Positions 50,201 to 57,237 of a DNA stretch of 64,000 nucleotides are shown here, one piece after another. The stretch covers positions 2,336,001 to 2,400,000 of the forward strand of contig OY782781.1 of assembly GCA_963678315.1 (NCBI GenBank). The letters run 5' to 3'. Below the pieces are notes generated by a model. The model made no database searches. It was not told where the DNA came from and worked only from the letters and a program-made list of their open reading frames with translations. The stretch's first letter is position 1; each line of letters opens with the position of its first letter. The translations under genes were made by a program, and so were the position numbers. The stretch is from Candidatus Cloacimonadales bacterium (GTDB taxonomy: Bacteria > Cloacimonadota > Cloacimonadia > Cloacimonadales > JAFGVF01).

Positions 50201-51415
50201 TTACAATAATTTATCTCCTCCAATAAATATAGATTTGATTTTATTGTTACTATTTACAAATATTAACTGTGCCAGCATCTCATCTATACTAGCATTACTG
50301 TTTATGTTTAAAACTACTAAATCTGCTTCTTTACCTATCTCAATTGAACCTATTTGACTTTCTTTAGATAAGACTTTTGCATTACCTAATGTAGCTAAAT
50401 AAAACAATTCTCTAACCTCAATTGACTTACTCTGCATATAGTTAGCCATTTTCATGTGATAGAACATATCTAACTGCGTACCTCCAGCAACATCAGAGGC
50501 TAGTCCAATTGAAAGACCTTCATCTCTTAGTTTAAAATAGGGAAATCTTCCTGATTTTAAAAAGAAGTTTGAGTCTGGACAATGAGCTATTTTTGTTCCT
50601 GTATCCTTAATGAGCTTTATCTCTTTGTCATCAAGATGAATACAATGTCCCAGAATAGTTTTAGCTGTTAGCAAATGATTCTTGAAGTATACATCAGTAT
50701 AAGAATCATAGCCAGGAAATAAAGACTTAACTAATTGTATTTCATTATGGTTTTCTGAAAGATGTGTTTGTATATATTTGTCATTCTTACTTGCATAAGA
50801 ACCAATATCTTTCATAAGCTTTTCTGTACAAACAGGTGCAAACCTTGGAGTAAAAACATAGTTTAATCTATCTACATTATCCCATTTTTCACATAATTCA
50901 ATTGATTGTCTTAGACTCATATCAGTGCTTTCTTGAAGATAATCAGGACAATTAGAATCCATGGCTATTTTCCCTATAAGAGCTCTGTATCCTTTGGATT
51001 TGGCCACTTGGAAGGCAATATCTGTTGCATTACTAGAAGAAGTTACATATATTGCTGCACAGGTGGTTCCATTTGCTATTAAGTTATCAAAAAAATCTTC
51101 TGCCACTTCTTTAGCATATTGACTTTGCTTGAGCTTGTTCTCTTCAGGGAAAGTATAAGTATTCAGCCACTCCAATAAATCTGATTTATACGAACCTCTT
51201 ATATTCCATTGAGCTAAATGAACATGCGAATCAATCAAACCCGGAATAAGGACATTGTCTGAATAATCTAATATGTCTTTACAACATTCAGACTCATCTT
51301 GATATGGTCTCATATCTATAATTTTATTATTATCGACTACTATTAGGTAGTCTTTAAGAAATTCTATATCCCTATTTTCTGTAGGGTTAAGTATATTACA
51401 TCTTATTTTAATCAT
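50201..51415 (-). CDS. guaD: Guanine deaminase
   Basis: PGLIDSHVH, LLEWLNTYTFPEE, TPRFAP, QTHLSEN, HCPDSN, SDVAGG. Confidence 0.93.
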   Translation of the reverse strand: MIKIRCNILNPTENRDIEFLKDYLIVVDNNKIIDMRPYQDESECCKDILDYSDNVLIPGLIDSHVHLAQWNIRGSYKSDLLEWLNTYTFPEENKLKQSQYAKEVAEDFFDNLIANGTTCAAIYVTSSSNATDIAFQVAKSKGYRALIGKIAMDSNCPDYLQESTDMSLRQSIELCEKWDNVDRLNYVFTPRFAPVCTEKLMKDIGSYASKNDKYIQTHLSENHNEIQLVKSLFPGYDSYTDVYFKNHLLTAKTILGHCIHLDDKEIKLIKDTGTKIAHCPDSNFFLKSGRFPYFKLRDEGLSIGLASDVAGGTQLDMFYHMKMANYMQSKSIEVRELFYLATLGNAKVLSKESQIGSIEIGKEADLVVLNINSNASIDEMLAQLIFVNSNNKIKSIFIGGDKLL

Positions 51416-51572
51416 TCTTCTTCCTTCCGTAAATTCTAGATTGTAGTTTTTTTTATAACTTGTAAAGATTTTTCTTTATAATTCCGTAAATAATGATGTT
51501 TATTAGATGAAATTGTAGTAGTTAAATGGAATTATTGAAGGGGTATCAAGTTCACACCTTGTGAGCGTAGAA

Positions 51573-51888
51573 GGAGTGTAAGCATCCACCCTGGTAAGGG
51601 TTGAACTTTGTTCATGCTTACGCAAAAAAGACTCGTAAGCTTTCATAATGGAGTGTAAGCATCCACCCCAGTTAGGGTTGAACTTTGTTCATGCTTACGC
51701 AAAAAAGACTTGTAAGCTTTCATAATGGAGTGTAAGCATCCACCCTGGTAAGGGTTGAACTTTGTTCATGCTTACGCAAAAAAGACTCGTAAGCTTTCAT
51801 AATGGAGTGTAAGCATCCACCCCAGTTAGGGTTGAAATTTGTTCATGCTTACGCAAAAAAGACTTGTAAGCTAGGAAGCTTACAATCC
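51573..51888. repeat. Tandem array of four 77-bp units (A-B-A-B) bounded by 15-bp imperfect inverted repeats
   Basis: Units start at 51573, 51650, 51727 and 51804. GGAGTGTAAGCATCC matches the reverse complement of GGAAGCTTACAATCC (51874-51888) at 13/15. Confidence 0.95.
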
Positions 51889-51915
51889 CAGCTGAATTAC
51901 CTTCTGTTAAGCACA

Positions 51916-52177
51916 CCCTTACTTGCCACCTTGAAAAATCAGCCTTTTTTCAAGGAGACCCTTAAGGAAGAAGGTATAAGCTAGGAGTTAGGAGTGAGGA
52001 GTTAGGTCTGACATACTGGGATCGCTAGCCTCTGCGCTGGCTTCACTTAGAACGCAGTGATAAGTGCATTTGTAGAAACATTTGGAAAAACGTCTCAGAT
52101 ACAAGCAAGGACTGTGACAGGCGAAGACTGTAGCTTGTGCACCCAGATGGTGATGGAGTGTAAGCATCCACCGATAG
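51916..52177 (+). repeat. Composite REP-like element: palindrome copy 4, AGGAGT(T/G) heptamers, and modules shared with 1751-1950
   Basis: CCCTTACTTGCCACCTTGAAAAATCAGCCTTTTTTCAAGGAGACCCTTAAGG; heptamers at 51983-52006; 19-bp and 33-bp exact inverted matches to the 1.8 kb region. Confidence 0.85.
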
Positions 52178-52204
52178 GTTGAAGGAACAAAATAAATTCT
52201 TTTA

Positions 52205-52987
52205 TTATTTAGCTAAAAAGAATTCAGGTGATTTATAGTCGTTGAAATGTGTATGTAATTTCTTTGAGAATTCATTAATACGTTCATCCTCAAACTTTAT
52301 AGCTTGTTGAGGGCAATTTCTTAGGCATGCATGACAATAGTTACATAAATTTTCATTTATATAATGCTCTTGTTTCTGAATACTTATAGCTTCAAAAGGA
52401 CAATTAGTTTCGCACAAGCCACAAAGATTACATTGATTTTTATCAACAATTGGCTTTGTGATAAGTTTAGCTTTTCTTTCACCGTAAGGGAAGTTTCCCG
52501 GTACTTCTAGAGAAAGGTCATCTTCTTTTATAATTAATTGAACATTTTTAGCAAATTCCTTGGCTTTGCTTAAATCATCTAAAGAAGGTCTACCTAGAGC
52601 AACTGGATATTGGTCTGTACTAAATGAATGAACTCCAATAAAGGCAGCTGCAGCAATAGGATTAAATCCTAATTTTTTACTTTCGTTAACAAGTTCAATA
52701 AGTGCGTCATCATAATGTCTATTACCATACACAACAAGAATAATTGCTTTTGTTCCTTTAGCATTGATTGATTGCATTCTATTAAGAAAAACCTCTGGAA
52801 TTCTTCCACTATAAACTGGACATCCGATAATTGCTAAATCATTTTCAGGTATTGTTATTTGATCTTTCTGATTAGTTGTAGTATAGTTTATATCATTATA
52901 TGTATTTGCTTCAATAGATTGAGCAATAGCGTTAACGACTTGTTCTGTCGTTTTTGTAGGAGAAAAATATATTTTATTTACTTTCAT
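52205..52987 (-). CDS. Flavodoxin-like plus 2x[4Fe-4S] ferredoxin protein (EFR1-like)
   Basis: YFSPTKTT, PVYSGRIP, VYGNRHYDDAL, CNLCGLCETNCP, CNYCHACLRNCP. Confidence 0.88.
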   Translation of the reverse strand: MKVNKIYFSPTKTTEQVVNAIAQSIEANTYNDINYTTTNQKDQITIPENDLAIIGCPVYSGRIPEVFLNRMQSINAKGTKAIILVVYGNRHYDDALIELVNESKKLGFNPIAAAAFIGVHSFSTDQYPVALGRPSLDDLSKAKEFAKNVQLIIKEDDLSLEVPGNFPYGERKAKLITKPIVDKNQCNLCGLCETNCPFEAISIQKQEHYINENLCNYCHACLRNCPQQAIKFEDERINEFSKKLHTHFNDYKSPEFFLAK

Positions 52988-53017
52988 GTTAACTTACCTT
53001 TCCTTTGTTTCATACAC

Positions 53018-53051
53018 AAAAAAAGAGTCTGCTGACTATGTCAACAAACTC
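53018..53051 (-). terminator. Intrinsic terminator
   Basis: Minus strand GAGTTTGTTGAC-ata-GTCAGCAGACTC followed by T run. Confidence 0.7.
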
Positions 53052-53084
53052 GTAAAAAAAAACTTTAGTAAAATACTTACTTAA

Positions 53085-53780
53085 CTAAATTCCCTTATAA
53101 ATGAATTTCTGTTCCCATGGTTTGTTTAAGAAATAAGTTAAAATTATTCTTTTTTTATCCATTAGATTATCAGGAACAATCTTTTCAAATTTATCAAGAA
53201 CTAGATATTTATCAAATTTCAACTTATATTCTTTTGAAATCTCGTCTATTATTTCTATCCCTTCTTCCACTGTTTCCTGCTTTGTATATTCCATAAGATT
53301 AGAATTACAAACAATCTCTGATACTTTAAGAGTAGAAATTGATTCAATCATCTCTTTCATTTGAAGTATCTCTGCTTTATTGCTTGTGAAAGGACGATTG
53401 GTATTTACTACAAAATGCATTTCGTAACCCCTCTTCTTAATCTGTGGTATGAATCTAGCTAAAGTTCTTGCACCAGCTGGATCTCCGCCAACATCTAAGA
53501 TAACTGCTTTATCCTCTGACATAATCATGCCTCTTACACGAGGAGATATCATTGGTAAATCTGCATGTTTGAATTCACCCTCAGGAGCAACAACTTGGAT
53601 TCCTTGTTCTTCAAATTGCTCTCTTACATCTCTACTTCTAAAGTAAGGATTTACAACATCAAGATCACATAACACGACCTTCTTACCAGCTTCTTTAAGA
53701 AGTTTTGCTAGGTTGATTGAGTATTCACTCTTACCTGAACCATAAGCACCAATAACAATTATCAATCTATTTTCTATCAT
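53085..53780 (-). CDS. P-loop ATP-binding protein (SIMIBI/MinD-CobQ-like)
   Basis: GAYGSGKSE, DLDVVNPYFRSR, DVGGD, NTNRPFT. Confidence 0.85.
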   Translation of the reverse strand: MIENRLIIVIGAYGSGKSEYSINLAKLLKEAGKKVVLCDLDVVNPYFRSRDVREQFEEQGIQVVAPEGEFKHADLPMISPRVRGMIMSEDKAVILDVGGDPAGARTLARFIPQIKKRGYEMHFVVNTNRPFTSNKAEILQMKEMIESISTLKVSEIVCNSNLMEYTKQETVEEGIEIIDEISKEYKLKFDKYLVLDKFEKIVPDNLMDKKRIILTYFLNKPWEQKFIYKGI

Positions 53781-53818
53781 TTCTTATTCCTTCAATTTAT
53801 ACTTTTCATTTATAATAG

Positions 53819-54490
53819 CTATTTTTCAGCAAAAAGCAAAGAATCTAGTTCTTCGTAGTTATAAACAAAATAATCAGCTAGCTCTTTTAGCTTAAGTTCA
53901 TCCTTTTTAGAGTAGTCATTATAAATTGCAATAGCTGTCATTCCTGCATTCTTTGCAGCTTCTACTCCATGAAGAGTATCTTCAATTACCAGAGTATCTT
54001 CTGGGTTAGTATTTAGTTTAGAAGAAACCTTCAAATATATATCAGGAAAAGGTTTACCTCTATCTACTTCTGAGCCTGTAGTAACTTCTTTAAAAAAGCT
54101 ACTAAGCTTGTGATTAGCTAAAACTACACTAGTGAGCTTTGTAGAATTACTTGTGCCTATACCTAAATCAATTCCACTTCTGTGAAGCTTTTCAATCAAG
54201 TCTAAAGCACCTGACCTAAGTTCTATATTCTTGTAAAAATCATAAACCATAGAATCCCATTCATCAGTAATCTGCTCCACTGTTTCACTTAAAGCAAATT
54301 TATCTTTAAAGTATTTAGCTATTGCAACATAACCGTCACCTGCTGGCATATCTTTAAAGAGGTCGTCTGGAACTTGCAAGCCTCTTTTGCCAAGAAAATC
54401 AATATCAACTTGTTCCCAAACGTGCATAGAATCGATTAATGTTCCATCCAAATCAAATATAACTGAGTTAAACTTATTAATTCTATCCAT
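53819..54490 (-). CDS. HAD-family phosphatase
   Basis: FDLDGTLIDS, GTS, KPFPDIY, IEDT. Confidence 0.92.
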   Translation of the reverse strand: MDRINKFNSVIFDLDGTLIDSMHVWEQVDIDFLGKRGLQVPDDLFKDMPAGDGYVAIAKYFKDKFALSETVEQITDEWDSMVYDFYKNIELRSGALDLIEKLHRSGIDLGIGTSNSTKLTSVVLANHKLSSFFKEVTTGSEVDRGKPFPDIYLKVSSKLNTNPEDTLVIEDTLHGVEAAKNAGMTAIAIYNDYSKKDELKLKELADYFVYNYEELDSLLFAEK

Positions 54491-55464
54491 TAAACCATAC
54501 TCTGATTAAAGAACTTTCTAACTACATTAGGGTCCTGATATTTACCAAATAGAGCCATTAGTCTTATTCTAGCTTTAGGACCTTGTAAATCACCACCTAA
54601 AATACAGCCTAACTTTTCAAGATGCAAACCACCAGCATCATAACCATATTCTGGAAGAACTCTACCTGTAATTGTTCTTGAGGCAATTACAACTAGCACA
54701 TTAGCATCTATAGCCAACTTAATGGCTGGAATAATAGATTCTGGAAGATTACCTCTACCAAAAGCTTCTATAACTATAGCCTTAGCTCCACTGGCAACTG
54801 AAGCATTTATATAAGTATCATTCATACCTGCAGTTGCTTTTATCAAATCTACTTTAGGCTCTATCTGATTAGTCCAAACTGATTCTCTAAGATGATTATC
54901 TCTATGATACACAACAGCATCAGGATCAATAGTTCCAATAGGTCCATATTTAGGAGACTTGAATGCATCCACTGTTCCTGAATCAAATTTTAGGACATCT
55001 CTAGCAGTATGGATATCATCATTCATGACGACTAAAACACCTTTATCTACAGTTTCAGGGTGACTAGCAACCCGAACAGCTGCAATAATATTTCTTGGTC
55101 CATCTAAACCTAATTCAGAGCCAGACCTCATGGCTGCAGTTAGTATTATTGGACGTCTTGACGTTGTAACTAGATCAAGAAAATAAGCAGTCTCTTCAAG
55201 AGTGTCAGTACCATGAGTAATAACAACACCATCAAAATCAAGTAAGTAACCATCTACTCTTTGAGATAATTCAAGCATCTTATCTGGTGACATATATGGA
55301 CTTGGAATGTTTGAATATTCTACAACATCTATATCAGCTATCTCGTATAACTGAGGAAAAGTATTTAGGAAACTAACAAATTCACTTGTTGGAACTACAC
55401 CACTTTCGCTTCGTTCCATTCCTATTGTACCACCTGTAGTTATAATCAATATCTTCTTTTTCAT
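54490..55464 (-). CDS. L-asparaginase
   Basis: TTGGTI, THGTDTLEETAY, DGPRN, GRGN. Confidence 0.93.
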   Translation of the reverse strand: MKKKILIITTGGTIGMERSESGVVPTSEFVSFLNTFPQLYEIADIDVVEYSNIPSPYMSPDKMLELSQRVDGYLLDFDGVVITHGTDTLEETAYFLDLVTTSRRPIILTAAMRSGSELGLDGPRNIIAAVRVASHPETVDKGVLVVMNDDIHTARDVLKFDSGTVDAFKSPKYGPIGTIDPDAVVYHRDNHLRESVWTNQIEPKVDLIKATAGMNDTYINASVASGAKAIVIEAFGRGNLPESIIPAIKLAIDANVLVVIASRTITGRVLPEYGYDAGGLHLEKLGCILGGDLQGPKARIRLMALFGKYQDPNVVRKFFNQSMV

Positions 55465-57227
55465 TAATTGCCCCTCTTATAAAGATCCATCATGCTAAAC
55501 CATTTATATACTTTGGCGTTTTCAACTTCTTTGTCAAACCAAGTCTCGAATACATTATCAAGCTGAGTATCTCTGTACTCACCTCTAATTACATAATAGT
55601 TTCTATCAAAGTAATCATTATCAGCGTCTTGTCGATTATTTAAGTAAATAACGTTAATCGTATTATTATAAATAAATGAGTCTGTGTAGTCGCCTCTATC
55701 TTCAAGCTTCATAACCTTCTTCATAATTTCATCAGCATTCAAGTCCTGGAAGACTAAGTAATTTTTAGAAAATTCTGATATATTTGCTACTTCAACATCA
55801 GGATAATCTTGTTCTAATATTACTGTATCATAACTTTCACAAATATTCTTAAGTTTATTGCCAAGAATATCTTTTTGTTTTTGAGATTCAATCTTCTTAT
55901 AAAGTAAATCCCTTACTTCTTCTAATGGCTTCTTTTTAAGCAGTTTGTTTTCAATTATCTGAACTAAAACCAATACTCTTTCACGCTTATTATAAATCGG
56001 TTTATATATATATCCATCAGATTTAGTGACAGCATCTTCAATCAAATCCTTAACAGAACCTAAATCTTCTACATAAACTCTTTGAAAATTCAATGTATCT
56101 ACAGAATGAACAAGACAGCCGTATTCATTTGCTGTTTTTTCAATACCGATTTGTTTGATTAATTCACCCATAGACTTTAACTCTTCACGTGCATTAATTC
56201 TTGTTTCATGAGAAATAGGTATTGGGAAATTAAGTTCCTGCAATTTAACCATTGTCTTTGTCTTCTCTAGAATCTTATATATGTACCAAATATCGCCATC
56301 TAGAAGAGGATATGTTATCGAGCCTATAGCTAGTCCATTTATATCATCTCTAATAATACTAGGTAGATTTTCTATTTCAGTAAAAGGTAACTTGCCTAAT
56401 GGATATTTTCCTAGATTAGAAGAAAATTCACGACATGCTGTATCAAAATCTAAACCTCTGTAAAGCTGATTGTGTAGAGAGTCAATGGTTGTCTTGGCAG
56501 ACATAAGATCTTTTTTAGATGGTTTAACTTTCTTGGTTATATATTTAATCTTTAAATTTGGTTCATAATAAAGACTTTTATCAGTCTTTCTATACTCAAT
56601 TTCTATCTCCTTATTTGTAACAGTTGGCTTATAGCTATCTAAAGGAATAGATAATATATCGATATCATAAGATGCATAATTATCATCATAATAGTCTTCA
56701 ACAACAGATTTGGATATCTCAGCTTTGTCTTTCAATATCTGGGTAATTTTCATTACAGGAATGTATTTGTTGTAATAATTATATTTAATATCACTTGTAT
56801 TTACTGGTTTATTTGTTTCAATAGAGTTTTTATATATCTCGTAATTAAAGACTCCATTCACATCAAAAGCACCATTGTCTGTATAATACTTTGGAGGGTT
56901 AGTTAATAAAGAATCTAGAACTTCTTGCTGGGTTACAACTATATCATGTTCTTTCTTAAACTCATTAATGATTGTTGCTCTTGTGAGGTCCTTCCATGTT
57001 ATATCTTCCAATTTCATGATTTCTTCATCAGTCGCTTTGTAGTTAGCATCATCTTTACGTAATATTCTATAATGGCCAAGAAATGAAGTAGTGAAAACAT
57101 CTCTATCAATCTTAACTCCATTAATTTCACCAGCATACTTATTACCTTCTTCACTTGTACTACTACCAGCACAACTGATTATAAATAGCATTACAACAAC
57201 TGAAAACAGCCCTATGAATTTTTTCAT
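55464..57227 (-). CDS. SurA/PpiD-like periplasmic chaperone / parvulin-like lipoprotein
   Basis: Likely start ATG 57227 (GAGGA SD, lipobox IISC); GEINGVKI, F...GVFNYEIY, DFDTACREFS. Confidence 0.75.
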   Translation of the reverse strand: MKKFIGLFSVVVMLFIISCAGSSTSEEGNKYAGEINGVKIDRDVFTTSFLGHYRILRKDDANYKATDEEIMKLEDITWKDLTRATIINEFKKEHDIVVTQQEVLDSLLTNPPKYYTDNGAFDVNGVFNYEIYKNSIETNKPVNTSDIKYNYYNKYIPVMKITQILKDKAEISKSVVEDYYDDNYASYDIDILSIPLDSYKPTVTNKEIEIEYRKTDKSLYYEPNLKIKYITKKVKPSKKDLMSAKTTIDSLHNQLYRGLDFDTACREFSSNLGKYPLGKLPFTEIENLPSIIRDDINGLAIGSITYPLLDGDIWYIYKILEKTKTMVKLQELNFPIPISHETRINAREELKSMGELIKQIGIEKTANEYGCLVHSVDTLNFQRVYVEDLGSVKDLIEDAVTKSDGYIYKPIYNKRERVLVLVQIIENKLLKKKPLEEVRDLLYKKIESQKQKDILGNKLKNICESYDTVILEQDYPDVEVANISEFSKNYLVFQDLNADEIMKKVMKLEDRGDYTDSFIYNNTINVIYLNNRQDADNDYFDRNYYVIRGEYRDTQLDNVFETWFDKEVENAKVYKWFSMMDLYKRGN

Positions 57228-57237
57228 TGTATCCTCA

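Noticed and set aside
30139..51415. Selenocysteine read-through or programmed frameshift in the purine cluster
   Set aside because: All ORFs look full length with intact terminal motifs, and I saw no gene split at an in-frame TGA.
51573..51888. CRISPR array
   Set aside because: The units are near-identical along their whole 77 bp, with no unique spacers, and no cas genes are in the window.
51573..51888. Tandem hammerhead ribozymes or purine riboswitches
   Set aside because: By eye, neither strand has a CUGANGA core or the purine-aptamer consensus.
51802..51984. 60-aa ORF
   Set aside because: It lies entirely within the repeat array and palindrome and has no protein features.
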